A stretch of DNA of 64,000 nucleotides from Sphaerodactylus townsendi (GCF_021028975.2 NC_059427.1:114700001-114764000), one strand, 5' to 3'. Shown: positions 36,965-50,910, numbered from the stretch's first letter. Numbers and translations are program-made. Notes: generated by a model not told the origin, from the letters alone.

Positions 36965-39134
36965 AATTCAGTATAACACCAATTTTTGTCAAGCGCAAAA
37001 ACCTGGAAGGAGAAACGCTTCATTTAGAGCTGTGTAATGTTGAATCAACTGTAAAAGGGAGCAAAATGTGTGCATAATTGAAAAAAATCCCCTGAAGAAA
37101 CAGGAATTTAGACACGGAGAAATTGAGAATGTGTAAAAGGCCCTAGTGCCTAAAGGTAAACATATTCAGTTCCATGCAGATTCTGTATGTTAGCAAGGGC
37201 AGGTGAAACTACTTTTGATAAATGAAGCTATCCTTAGGTTACCTTAGATTTTTAAATCAACATTTCTCTTGAGAATGGTGCTGAGCAGCATTGCATCAGT
37301 GCAGTAGCTGCTTGTGCTACAGTATCATCAGGTCATGACTTGGTTATGAGTATCAGAGATGCTGTTAACCTGTAGCTGCTTTTGCCCTTTCACAATCTGC
37401 AAAATATTTTCAGTCACCTCAGAAGACACTCATATTCCCTCATATCATAGTCAGGTCAATAAAGTGACCTTCTTGTCGAACTCAAAACCACTCACAGTTT
37501 ATCCTCTTGTTGAACACGAATCCTTTAAAAAGCCTTGAGTCCGTCAGAAAACAAGGATGTATTGCTTACTATTTGCATATGCGCAGTCAGTATGTATCTT
37601 GAAGCAGGGGCAAGAACTGACTGCAGGACTAGACAAATGGGTTTATAAATAGACATTGAGTAATGGTGTCAGCAAGCAGAGTAATGGTGTCAGATAGCAC
37701 ACAGAAACATCACAGTATTAATTGTCAACTCAAAAACTTCAGAGTTTTTCTTTTAATCATGGGCTTTTTCATAGTTAGAGGTTGTGGTGGTAGTGGGGAT
37801 GCCAGCTGCAAGAAGTTAGTGTGCAATTGCCCGAACAGTCCCATCCAGATATACTGTGCAAATGGATGCAAACAATCTGTTGAATTTTCATACCACAGAT
37901 TGTGAACATTGCCATTGTGACCAGAGCATACTTTTTCAGCAAAATTGAGTAAAATACATGTATAAAAACAAGCTTTGACCAGGGGAAAAAGGTAAACTGA
38001 AGTTTAAACCAGTTATCTGGAGCCAAATATCAACACCCAAATTGGTGATTGATGCTTCAATGGGAAACTCAGACCCCAGACATTTGTATTTTGAATATCC
38101 AACAATTAAGATTTCAAAGTGGATTTTAAACATATACATAAAAGCTGAAGCCATATAAAAGAAGGAAAATCCCTGAGGCATGAAAAAAGGATACTCTAAG
38201 ATTATGTTCTGGTTGTTTAACATTTGGCAGAATTCCAGAGCTAGACTGACTACTTTTATTCATGCTTTCTATTGAAATATCAGCATTCTAAACCTAGGAC
38301 TATGAAGCTCTTTATCAAAACTTAAATAAAGGAAGAAGGAGAAGAAAAATATCTTCAGTTGGAAAGTCTCCTGCAGGTGTGATTTGTGTAAGGGGAGCCA
38401 AACAGGAGAGAAAAAGAGGTTAGTTATGTATACAGCCAAGTTAAACACCACACAACTAAGTCCAGGACAGGGTCTGCTGGGATCCATAAACCCACATTTG
38501 GGAGCTGTGGGGGGCACATTAGGCCCTAATTGGGTCTTGTTTAACTTGGCTACTTGAATAGTAAGTATGAAAAAAGAAACTTGGCTGACTTTGTCAATCT
38601 TACACCTTAATAGTGTTAGCTCCTCCTCTCCTCCTTTTGCAGGACAACTCTCTTACTTTTTCTGTGCCTGTTGACTAAGCTTTTGAAAAGGCTCTGTGTT
38701 GTTTTCTTTGGAAAAAAATGTAATTCGTGTGCTGGATACCCAACAATATTATGGTAGGAAAAAAACTGGATGTTAATACAGGGAGAGACTGTTCTTTTGC
38801 CTTGAGAGTGATAAATTGTGCCACAGAACATGTAAAGCTGTCTTATACCAAGTGAGATCATTGGTCCCTTTACCCCAGTATATTCTGATAACAAATGGAT
38901 TTCCCCAGTCTTGTACTAATGTATTTTCAAGCCTCTTTCCCCAGGATTTTTTTAATTGAGCACTAAGTCAGGACAAAAAAATACATGGTCTGCCACTGAG
39001 CTATGTTGCTATTGTGAGGTCCAGCACATGGAGCATGTGAAATAAAGTGTTGAGCACATATTTGTGCTACCCTCTTCAGGTCCTATGGGTCCAAAATTCT
39101 ATAGGAAGCAACTCCTGTACTGCAGTTAGTTACA

Positions 39135-39340
39135 TACATTGTGTTGGACTAGGATCTGGACACTCAAGTCTGAATTCTCATCCTGCCATGAAAGCTTGCT
39201 GGGTGACCTTGGGCCAGTCACACAACTCTCAGCCTAACCTACCTCACAGTTGTGTTGATAAAACGGAGCAGACAGAAATGCTTTAAGTTGCTTTGAGTGC
39301 CTACTGGGGGGAAAGGCAAGGTAGAAATAAAGCAAATAAT
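39135..39340 (+). mobile_element. Older SINE (Squam3/MIR-core-like)
   Basis: GGACTAGGATCTGG..GCCATGAAAGCTTGCTGGGTGACCTTGGGCCAGTCAC..CTCTCAGCCTAACCTACCTCACAG, A-rich tail. Confidence 0.8.
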
Positions 39341-39779
39341 TAAGACTTGTGGAGCACGCAGTGGAAACTGGAGCAGGAGCTGTCCCTGGATTCTATCAGC
39401 TGCTGCCTTGGCAAAGGAACATGTAGAAGCAAATCAGTGCCTTCCCCTCTTTTCGGGTTTGCAGCAAATCGGCTTTCCCATGCTTTTCTCCATTTCATCA
39501 AAGGCTATCTTCAGGTTCTCTCCCTGCAGTGTTTTCACTCTCTTGTACATCTAAATAGGCTGTTGTTGTATCTAAGTGTTAATGCTAATAAGAACTTCAG
39601 GGAGCGTTCTGGAAGAATTTTCTTCTATAGCAGAACAGTATCTTTCATCTAACACTCTGAAAATAAGGCCGTATCATGAAGTTTATCAGAACAAAGGGCA
39701 GAAACAGGCAGACCACATCATTCTTAAATTTTCAGTTATATACTAAAATTACTTTCCTTCCTTCTTGCCTTAACTTTTT

Positions 39780-40761
39780 GTCCAGAGGTGACACCCCACT
39801 CCAGATCAGTTGAGGGTTGCCCAGATACTGGAGCTTCCTAGCAACACAGCAAGGCCTCAGCCAGGCATAAAAGATCCTGGGGTGTGGGATTATCAAACGA
39901 GACAGGGTGAGACCTGACCCAGTATAGAGAAGACCCAGACAGGAAAGCCAGATCCAGGGGAGAGAACCTGATGGGGTGAAAGGGGGACAGGTAGTCTAGG
40001 GTTTCAGGTACCCCCTGACAACTAGCAAGGGGGAAGAATTTATTGACAGCAAAATGTAGAGACATCATTTCCAGCATGAATCACTTCTAGTGTGCACTAC
40101 TGTAGAGACATCACTTCCAACGTCATCACGTTGCTGACAATGTGGGATGCTCTGATATTTGGGCAAAAAAAAAATCTATGTCACGGTTTTGTCCAAATAC
40201 CCGAGCATCCATACATCATTGGCAACATGATGACATCCCTTTTTATGCACCCAGAAGTGACATCGCTGCATTGCTATGACAGAAAACAAGACCTGCTGCT
40301 AGTAAATTTCCCCACTGGCTGTCTGAATAGTGCTGGTGGAAGGGGCACCAAAATGGGGGGTCCCCCACTGCCAGTGAGGATCTCTAGCAACCCTGAGGCA
40401 GTCCCAGATTCACTAGGCCTGAGAAGGCTGGAAGCAAACTTCTTTAGAGGAAGTCAAGGGAGTGAGTCAGGGTCTGCTCAGATCCAGAGAAAGCCCCATT
40501 GGCCCTAGTCCCTGAACTGGAGGGAGGAACAAGGCCAGGGATGTCCTTCATCCAAGGTACTCTTTAAAAACCAGGTCCATGAAAGGCAAAGGAGAAAATG
40601 CCAGGCCACTCCTCAAGCTACAAGGGAAAGGACTAAATTTCTGTAGCAGCTAAAAAAGAGGGGAAAGTGTGCAAGCAAACCTCCCTTCTCTTGGTAACTG
40701 AGGCATTCTCAAGGCCCACCAGGGGAAAAGGGAGAAGCTAGAGGGTGTTACACTCCAGGAC
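39780..40761. mobile_element. Element with imperfect ~20-bp inverted ends, containing a nested GGTTGCC-type MITE (~39996-40395)
   Basis: GTCCAGAGGTGACACCCC vs GAGGGTGTTACACTCCAGGAC; inner TAGGGTTTC..GCAACCCTG. Confidence 0.45.
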
Positions 40762-41142
40762 TCTGTCAGTGTGATAAAATAATTAAACACTTTCATTGTT
40801 TCATTGTCTACATTGCAATGCATGTTATGAGCTATCCCAATTACAAGATAAAGAGATCAGGCTAAAGAAACTGTCATTACTACAACTCAGGGGTACACTT
40901 TGCAGGGTTCTAGTATCCTACAAGCTTATGAGTGTGATTGTTTGAAAAAAAAACCTCAAGCCACATGGGGCAATCTCAGAAATTATCAGTGTGGCTTGCT
41001 TCCTAGAGGTAGACTATCCTCTTCCTCCTACCCTGGCAAGAGACAGTGAATGTGGTACTGCAGCAATCTGTCCCATGACTTGAGAGGAACTGAAACACCA
41101 CTTTGTGTGAAGGATTCAACAGGTTTCTAAAACAGCCAGCTC

Positions 41143-41445
41143 TAATTAAATTGTGGAATTCACTGCCAGCTGCTGTGATGATCACAAGCATAAATGACTT
41201 TAAAAGGAGTTTAGACAGATTCACCAAGAAGAGGTCCATCAGTGGCTACTGGCACCAGTAACTAAAGGGAACCTCCGTAATGCAGAGGCAGCAAATCTGT
41301 GAACGCCAGTGTTAGGAAGCAATATCAGGAGAAGGCCTCAGCCTCTGTACACTCCCAGGCAACTGACTGGCCAATATGTGAAACAAGATGCTAGACAAGA
41401 TGGATTACTGGTGTGATCCAGCAGGGTAATTCTTGTGTTCTTATG
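41143..41445 (+). mobile_element. CR1 LINE 3' end
   Basis: Encodes IKLWNSLP..DFKRSLDRF then the CR1 tail ..GATGGATTACTGGTGTGATCCAGCAGG..TTCTTGTGTTCTTATG. Confidence 0.88.
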
Positions 41446-44400
41446 TTAACTTTTAGTACAGTTGTAAAATATCTCCCAGAAATATCACAATAGCATCTTG
41501 TTAAGTATCATTCCATGATGCCCATCAGAACTATATTCTACTTAATCTCTGTTAATCTTTTTATCCTAATCTATTTCTTCTTTGCTAAGTCTCTTCTTGA
41601 AATCAAGCTTTGGCTAAATGTAAAGTTAGTAGGTAACCAATGTGGTTTATATTTTGGCACATACATAAAATAACATTGCAGACTAAACTGCACTTCCATT
41701 GCCAACCAGACTAGAAATGGACAAAGTCTTCTGCAGGCATTACAAATCAGCTTGCTTTCATTAAAAGAAACAAAATAAAAAGACATATTAAGAAATAAAA
41801 AGGCATAACTTTTTATTTTGGCACAGAACCTCTCTTGGAATAGTTTCTCAGTCGTATGAGAGCATAGGTTACTCATTATTTTTCATCTCAAAAACTTTGG
41901 GTTTTGTTTTGTTTTGTTTTTTTCATGGAAATTGTTTTCTACAATCTGAATTCATCTTTTCCCACAACAGATACAGATACCTGTATTGGCATACTACAGT
42001 TGGGTGAAATTGTTCGTACATTTTGTTCCCATTTGTCAGATGCTGAGGATGAAAAACAGGTGCTCAGGTCCATGGAGCACCAGAAACTTGGATCTTAGCC
42101 TGCTCAAGGCTGCAGATGAATATAAATCCCATGATGCTTTCCCTGACTGGAGCTGGGGAATCAGACTTGCACCTTCAATACCAACATGCAACTGTTTATC
42201 CCACTTACTATCAGATCATTCACGAGGACACATTTTTTTTATCAGCTTCCCTGTCTGGCCTTCTGTGTGACTATCCTAGTGGGCTCTGATGCACTTTTGC
42301 ATTAGTTGCTATGAGCAGACAGTCTTGTTTTTTACTGGCCTTGTCTTTAACTGATCATTGACTTGTGCAGTAGCCCTTACTTTCTGCTTCTTGCCATAAT
42401 TTCAGCTTCCGAGCAACACGAAAAAGTCAATAGGCATTCAGGGGTCACATCTGATAAATCTGAGAAGTGAAAAGAATTCTCCACGTACTGTTTTGTTGAT
42501 ATATTCAGATGCATTCAGATGTTTTGTCGATATATTCAGATGCATTTTCATGTGTCTGAAAGACTGTGTATTCTTTGAATATTTTACTTTCCATCTTGGC
42601 TAAAAACTCCAAATGGTTATTGCACCCCAGATTCCTCTAAGCCCCTAAACCTGTGGAAGCAGATGGAGACTGTTTATATTTCACTTGGACCAAAGGGGGA
42701 ACCTACTGATTCAGTGTGATTATCACTTAGCCTTCCACACTTGACTCAGCATCTCACTCAAATATTAACTTTGGCTTTACTCCAAAATTAATATCTTGGC
42801 CTGAGGGGAGAGGAGGCTAAATAATCCGTAAGAAGCAAGACTTGGGTGGGCACAACTGTTCTTTTTGTTTACTTTCACTGTCCTTAAAAAAACCCTCATT
42901 ATGTAAAAGATACAATGAACATGGAAACATCCTGTCACAAAAAGAAGTTTGTCCAAATCTGTACTTTTAGCCTCTGCTTTCTCCTCAGAGAAATACCAAA
43001 TACCAAACATGAATGACAATGATCACACCCATCATTCTCAGTCTCTTATGACAGCTAATATCAATGCCACTGTATGCACAGGGGTCATTCTGCAATATCT
43101 CCTTGCAAAAGGATCCTTAGAAATAGGGGGACATTATTCCACTGACAATAAAAAGTGCTGCGTTGCATTGAGCCTACTGACCTTACTCCCTTCCCCAATA
43201 TGCATGCATAGTAACATCAACTTACATGTTACAGAGTTCATAGGATGAGTCTGAGGTCCCTGCCCTGTGTAACAGACAGCTGTGAGCTGCAAACTCAGTT
43301 TCTGCACCCATAACACCTGATTCTGTTTGTACTTGTACAAACCATGGTACAAGTAGAAATTTCATCCTTCATTCATGCCTTCTTTGCCTGAAATGACAGT
43401 CGTAGTACAACAGTGATCTCCTTCCAGGAGGTCTGGTGGATTGTTCCACAAAAAATTCATTGAGAATATGCAGTTTTGTAAAAGAGATGAGTACAATATT
43501 ATTAAAAAGTAATGTTGAGACATATACTTCCAGGTCTAAAGGGGGCAGTGTCTGCTGCTCTTAGTTTGGGGATTAGGCAATATGGTGGTTTATCCTTTTC
43601 CCCTGAAGTGGAAGCATTAATATTTTCCCCTGTGTACGCTGGGTGTATAGGTACCACAAGGCCTAATAGGAATGAGGAGGGAGTCTGCTATGATTAAGCT
43701 GCCAGCTCTCAGCTAAGCCCTTTTAAGTGCACCCCTGCTGAGCAAAGACACTTGACACCTTCCTGTGCATAACCTATTACTGACCAAATGAGCAGTCATC
43801 ATCCTAAGCTTTTATGAATGAAAGGGGGAACTGTCACAGCATATGTCCAGGAGGGAAAGTCAGCCCATTGGAAATAAGGTATTATGGGAAGAGTAGAAGC
43901 CTCAGGGAAGAAATCAATATATTGTGGCTAGCAAAGGGTTGCTGAGCCTTTGTTGTGGGGCAATGCAAAGAGCTAACAGGAATTGATTGCAAGACATGCG
44001 GTCAAGTTATGCTTGGGATATTCTTGGCATTTTATATGGAGAATGGAAGAAGATGGGTGAAAATCTTCCATCTGCTTATATATGCACTCTCTCTCTTTCT
44101 CTCTCTGATTTATTATTTACATTTTTTTCTCCACCCTATATGCATGTTTGTCTCTCAGTGTCATTTTACTTTTGAGACACCTAAAATATAATGTGTGAAT
44201 GTGACCAGCAAGAGTTTGCAAGCATGTTTCATACAAATTAAGCATTATATATAAGGAATGTAAGGAATTTTTATTAAGAGAATCACCTGAAAAGGCTGCC
44301 ATTTTAATCAATTTATTTACACCACTTATACTCTGTTTTCTCAGTGAGACTCAAAGCGGATTACACAGTACAAGTCAATGCAGTCAAGAGGATGCAATAA

Positions 44401-44542
44401 AATTGTGAAATAGGATTTGGACTGCAGAAATGTGAAATCAAACAAAAATCTGAAACAAAGCATAAGCATTAATATAAAACATTAAACAATATAGACGTTA
44501 CATAATAGGATCATACTTACAGCAACAGATAGTATAGTACTA

Positions 44543-45474
44543 TAGGGATGTGCAGTCACATATATCTTTTCCAAAAGTATACCTGAAAACAATATCTTGG
44601 TATTTCTCAGGTACAATTCTGAGAATCCCAGCCAATACTGGTAACCCACCCAATCCTTAATATTCTTGGAAATATTGAGATTGGCATTTATCTGCAGCTG
44701 ACATTTCAGAGCATAGTGGGATTTTTTGTTTGTTTCATGGACAATGAGGGGGGAGATGGCATCTCTTACAGGCAAGTGGGATTTTGCTTGAGGGAGAGCT
44801 TGCCAGGTTGCTTATTTGACATTGGTTCTGTAGGGCTTGTGCTGCCACCTGGTCCAAGTGTTCTGCCTGGCTTCAATGGCTTTACATGGGATCTGTTGAG
44901 CTGGACTCCTTTCCCTTGCTGCAGTGGCTTGGCTTGGATTCTCTGATTTGGCATTTGGTCTGTTTGGCTTATCACATTGATCTGTTGTTCTGTTGGCATT
45001 CTCTGATTTGATGTTGGTTCATTTGTGCTGGTTGGTTTTATTTGTACTTTTGGCCAATGGTTGCTTGCTCTTGTGTGTTTGTATATTTGTTGCCAGATAA
45101 TTTTTTCCCCATAGAAAACAGTGGACAGTGGCTGGGAGCACCTTGTTCAGGGCCCCATACAATTGACTCTTTTGGCCCAGTTCACTTGAAACATGAGAGT
45201 TCTATAGTGGACATGCAGCACTAGCTCCACTGCAATTCTAGTGTTGTTTGGTTAAACACAGCCCCTTCAACCTGTCCCACCGCCCCGAAAATATCCCTGT
45301 GTAGAATAATGGACCTGAACCATTTTTGAGTCCTGGAAAGATGGGGGGGGGGGATCCCTGAATCCAAATAGTGAACCAATATTGGAGATCTGAGTAATCT
45401 TGCAATACCAATGATTATGCCCTCCATGAAATCCAGGTCTGAAAATACCAATTTGTTCCTGCTTCACATCCCTG
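44543..45474. mobile_element. Non-autonomous TIR element inserted in the L2
   Basis: Ends TAGGGATGTG / CACATCCCTG; GTATAGTA lies near both junctions (offset by 3 bp on the left); carries a module similar to 200-320. Confidence 0.65.
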
Positions 45475-45756
45475 GTATAGTATCCCTGATTTTTTACTAA
45501 AGCATTTTTCTGACCCATTTAATTATAATACAGCCCTATTGGCTGAGTTAAAAAGCCCTCCTGAATAATTCAGCTTTGCATAGTATGCAGAACTGCAGGA
45601 GAAATGGAAGCCTTCCTAACCTCATTAGGCAGGCCATTCCATGTGGTGGGGCCACAACAGAGGCTATATATGTACAGATAGTTGTTAATTTTGCCCATTT
45701 GTAGCGGGGCATCTGGAGAAGATCCTACTCAAGACGAGTGAAGCACTCAAGACAGA

Positions 45757-45835
45757 GGTGGATTCTGCATGGGTCAAAAACAGTGGTGTGAAAACAGTGT
45801 GAAAACTGCTGTTTTTGGCCCATGCGGAATCGGCC
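45757..45835. mobile_element. 79-bp Harbinger-like mini-MITE
   Basis: 27-bp imperfect TIRs GGTGGATTCTGCATGGGTCAAAAACAG / CTGTTTTTGGCCCATGCGGAATCGGCC, TSD AGA. Confidence 0.85.
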
Positions 45836-48234
45836 AGAGAGGCAGTCCTGCAAATATGAGAAGCAAAGATCATGAAGGGCTTTGTATGTGATAGTACCTT
45901 GAATTGAACAGTTAACTAACAGACAGCCAATGAAGGGACTGCAGAATGGGAGTAATATGCATGCCTTGCCTAACTCCTGATGATAACCAATCTGGGATCT
46001 GTGAGTTGACTTCAAGGGGGAACCTATATAGAGTGCTTTACAGTCTTGTTGATACCATGGTGTGGATTCATGAGGTCAGATCAACCATGGCATGGTGGGG
46101 GGTGGCATCCTCTAGGCTAGGCTGAGTTGGAAGACATCATTTTTTGGCAGTTGCATGAACTTGATTCTCCAGCACTAATGTTGGTGCTGTCTTACACCTG
46201 GATTTTTTAACCAGGTTAGTGAACCCCACTGAAAGTGAGAACAGCTTCAAGATCCTGCCTCCAGTCAAGATTTAAGATTTTAATTTCAAATTGTTTACTC
46301 TTAGATATTAAATCTCAGCAGCAATTCAAGACTTGTACTACATCATTAGGAGATTTGAATAAGGAGATACAGAGCGAGCTGCCATCAGCATATTGATGAC
46401 AGTCAACCCCCAAACTATGAATGATTTGTCTGAAAAGCATGGGGATTGGGGAATTGAAGATTGGGGGTGGGAGATTTGGGATTACGCCTGGCGAAGACAC
46501 CTCAGGATGGGTTCCATGCCCACGGTGAGTAGCTGAGTCAGGTCTGTGGGAACTGTTGCAGCCAGTCCGCCATGCATCTCCTGATACGTACTTAGCACTC
46601 CAAATGCCTCAACAAGATGGCATGATCCACTGCAGAAGGCTGCAGAACATTTCAGAAGATTAGAAACTGAGTGATTAACTGGCAACATAATATTTCTGTA
46701 GGGATAGAGGTTTTTTAGTAGTGGAAGAATAACTACTGCCCTGAAATATCATGCTGAATTAGACCTTTGGCCTAACGCTGTAGGGTTCTTATGTTTCTTT
46801 TTATAAAGAATCTGCATCTGAATTGAGTCATTAGTATGACCGTAGGTGGCAGAAGCATAGAAAGTGCACAATTTTACTAAGGCAAATAGCACTTCCATCA
46901 GCAAAGGGGGGGGGCAGTTTAATCCCTCCCCCCACTTGAGTCCCAGTCCAAACAGAGCCACATATGGTTGCTATTTAGTCAAATTTAAACAGTAGGAAGG
47001 TCCAATCACACATCTCTGTCTTGCACAGCTGGTTCTGAGTGAATGTACCACTGATGGCTGTTTGAGCAGATCAGCACGATTATTCCATGACAAAAGGAGT
47101 ATTGTCTAACAGTGGAAATACCATAATGGTATAATAGCAGCAATTTAATTTTTTTATATAAAACTGGCAATTGTGGCAAGCAGAGGTTAACATGCAGATC
47201 TGCCAGAACAAAAGGCACAGCAATGTGGCCTTGTATAATAAGAGGTTACTGCACAGGCCCAAAGCTGCTCGACACAAATTTCATTCAGGCAATCCAGTCA
47301 CCAGCTTGCTTCGCATCTGATTCTGGGAGTCACGCAATGTACGTTCACACAACTGTCCAATGATGTGCATGCATCTGTATTGCATTCCCCATCTCCCCCA
47401 CTTAAATGGGAAATAAAAAGGAAAAAGGTGGCACAGCTTGGGATTTATGAATTTGTGCAGTTGTACAGATCTTAACAGAAAGTTGAATGCCCCTAATGAA
47501 ATTCCATCTGTTTCTACGGAATTTGCCCCTATTTCAATAGAATCCCTAACTGCAGCACTGCAGACACTGCTGAGACTGTGCTACCCAAGTACACTTCGAA
47601 GTGCACCTTGGCTGGCTGCCCAGATTGGCACCTACCTGAGGTTAATGCCTTGTGCAGACAAAACTTAAGCACCTTTTTGGCCAGAGAGGATAGCACCACT
47701 GCCAACTAGAGGTCAAAAGCACTGAAGGCCCTTTTGTGGGAACTCTGTTCTGGGGATGGAGGGGGGATGACCTTAATTTAGATTACATCCTTCATTGAAA
47801 ATCCAGGCAATTTGTGAACCTGTGTCCTCCACATTCTCCATCGTGGCAAAAACACATTTTCCATATTAAAGGCTAACTATCAGAAGCATCTCAAGACAAT
47901 GTAGTCTTAGACTGAGTGTTTCTTTTTATGAAGTGTTTAGTATCCTCTAGAAATAGTCTGTCTGCTCCAGACACAGACAGGCCCAGCTGCATGATCTCTG
48001 TAACAGATACTCCTTCCTGTAAGGCCTTCTCCCTTCTGGAAATAGACTTTCAGACAGTGAATGATTCAGTTGAAAAGAGAATAATAAAAACGGGGGAAGT
48101 GATCTTACTAACAGGTTCATGCTCAGCTGGATGCAGCTGGAGTGCCAAGACCTCTGACCTAAAATTTGAGAAAAATAAGGGGTACCTTAGGCATACACTG
48201 TTCGGCACAGTAATAATATGATACATTTCTTAAT

Positions 48235-48773
48235 CAATCTTTCTTCCAAAAAATTGAGTACAGCATACATGCTTTTCTCCTCCTCTGTTTTATCACCACA
48301 ACAACCCTGTAAAATAGGGAAACTGGAAAACTATGGTTTTACCATAAAGTTTTGTTGAAAGCCTAGAATGTTACCCTAGGATTGCCAACTCCAGAAGGGA
48401 CCTGGAGATCTCCCAGCATTACAGTTGATCTCTAGACAGCAGAGGAAATAATGGAGGATGGTTGGAGGCACCATGTTTAAAGGCCATAGAATTGGACCCT
48501 GTGGTCCAATCTACTTGAAATCAAGTAGTTATTTAAAGAACAAGCACAAACTGCTCCGACATTTCAGTGCCTTCATCTTTAAGAATACTCCTCAGCCCCC
48601 TAGAAAGTTTCTTCTTAGGAAATAATGGATCTGAAAAATGTTGAAACCCGCATAAAAATACCTGAATCCAAATGCCATACTGATATTTGAGAAAATCAGG
48701 AATACCAGAATTTTTCATGTCCTATATGCCTAAACCTGAAAAATACCAAAACAAAAAAGTTTGTACACTCCTA
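48235..48773. mobile_element. Cluster of SINE, GGTTGCC-MITE and modular-repeat fragments
   Basis: CACAACAACCCTGT (SINE), TAGGATTGCCAACTCCAG (MITE end), CCATAGAATTGGACCC module, terminus TGTACACTCCTA like the right end at 45474. Confidence 0.5.
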
Positions 48774-49955
48774 ATAGTAGGAAAGTTTGCAGTAAAGCTA
48801 TTCCAATTCTTTGCCAAACAGTAGTGGGAACATGGGAGGGATTAACAGATAACATTAACTATGGTGGATCATGCATCAGAACCACACAGCTAGCATGAGT
48901 AATCTTACTATTTCCTGTCAATTTATCAATGCAAGATGCATTTAATGAACATCATATATCTTGTAGCTAAGTGTGACCTCTGTGGAGATTTAAAAATCCA
49001 CAAAGAAGGGAACCATACAAGGCTAAAATAGATGTTTTTGTAAGCTCAGGGAAAATCGCAATTTTTTAGAAAATGCAAAATATTTTTAAAAGGAGTAAAA
49101 AACCCAAACCAGCCAGGCATGCACATGCACAGACATCACAAATATAAAACAGTTCAAGATCCTGCAAAAATTCAGTTGTCAAGGCAAACCGTCACAACAA
49201 TGAATCTGCTGTTGACAGGGGTCAATTTGCCAGCCCAGAAAACTGGCGAATTGCAGCCCATCCAATAGCAGTAATGGTTACAACAAGGGGGAGGAGAGGA
49301 AGGGAAGGGAAAGCAAGACAGAATAGAGAATTGGTCCAGGAACTAATGAGAGGGGGCCAAGGCAAAAGATGGGAGGTGAGTACAGGAGAAAAAAAGAAGT
49401 GGTTGGAGGGAGCCAACATTAGCACAAAGGGAGACATGGAGTTTGGCAGAATAGAGCAGAAGCAAGAGCCAGAAGGCCAGGCCCCACACATGGAATCCCA
49501 TTTCCATTCCCTCACAAACACAAACACTCCCTCCTATGGAAAATATAGTTTGCATTAAAATGTGACTGCATTTTTACATACTTCCTGAATTCATACTGAG
49601 TGGGTGCTTTCAACAGAAATATGGGGAAATAAGCTGACATTGAGGGTTTGTGTTTTTTCCTTTTGGGAAATAAAACCTTTTTGATGATTCCTTGAAACTT
49701 AAAATGCTCTCAGTTTCACTTGTTCATCTTTCTCGCTTCATATCATTGAGTATGTTTTGTGAATCTACAAAATGAAGGAGAAAACACAAAATTTCCTCTC
49801 AAAAAAACTCAAATCCTTTTACGTTTCTCTGCACAAAGCATATTTCCATCGCCCTGCTCAGATTCCCACTTCATTTTCACACTCGGGCCAGGCAGCGGGT
49901 GAAGTCGGGGTCGGAAATCCTCCTGGATAGATTGCTCACTAGACCAGCAGGAGAA

Positions 49956-49976
49956 ATGGATACTAGGACAAAAGAG
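49956..49976 (+). CDS. Candidate short first coding exon (MDTRTKE, phase 0) of an unidentified gene
   Basis: Good Kozak context GAAATGG, 7 codons, then donor GAG|GTAAGG; local CpG cluster upstream (49849-49913) in sequence I do not recognise as repeat. No downstream exon identified. Confidence 0.3.
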
Positions 49977-50910
49977 GTAAGGGGAAGCAGAGGGCTGCCT
50001 TTATTTTAAGGCAAAAAGTTTAATCCTCCGTCTAAAAAAATCACATGAGAGAAAAACAGCCTCCTATCCATGTGATACTGCTGACCCCGAAGTTGATTTA
50101 GAGAGTGCAACACCATCCCAGGAGAGAAATCTGGGTCAGTATGTAACTTCTCTACCTACAGAAGCAATAAAACAAGGGAGTGGGGGAGCAATGCATGGAG
50201 CAAACAGGCCTTATTGTAAGAGTAAAACATTCTGGCTTTGGTACACCATCAGGAGCAGTTATTCAGTAGTAAAAGACAGCTGCCTTCTGGCTATGTGATC
50301 TCAAAGTCATACATGAAATCCTCTTTCCTCTCCCACACCCATTATCCTTTCCTCCATCCCTCACCCATTATCCAAGATAGGCCGTAGCCTACCCTATGTA
50401 TTTCGCCCTAATATGTCTACTATAATAGCTTTGTTTGCTGTGTATATTGGAGAGACAAAAAAGTTCTAGTACTGAGAAATGACAACTGTCTCCCATATAT
50501 TTCCCAGGGAAACTTTCATTCTTCCTACATTTTCAGCAGTTGCTTGATCGCAGCTTTGCTGCAGTTTGAAATGTTTCAAGTTAGCAGTGCGAAACTGCTT
50601 TCATTTCTGTCAGTTTTCTGCAATGTTCTTCAGTGTTCAGGAGCATGTATCACGCTGACCATGGTTAAGTATTTGTTTCCTTGATGTATTCTGTATTTTG
50701 CTTGGATCATGCAGACAGTTAATAAATATTTTTACCATTAAGCACAGAAAGGTCCATTGTGGTGCTGCTCTCACTGTCACAGACTGAAGTTTGAAAACTT
50801 GTCACACAAATTCAAAGAGAACCACAAGAAGACTGAAGAGAGCTTTCAGGATCAAGGGATAATATTTTAATATTTTATGTAAGTCCTTATCCCTCTTTGT
50901 AAATAGAAGT

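Larger units (their letters stand above)
44311..46435 (-). mobile_element. Decayed L2 LINE (RT remnant to 3' tail), split by insertions at 44543-45474 and 45757-45835
   Basis: Minus frames CHQYADGSSLCISLFKSPNDVVQVLNCC (YADD region), HITPILQSLHWL and ITYKALHDLCFSYLQDCLS; (TAAA)n tail at 44311. Confidence 0.88.
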
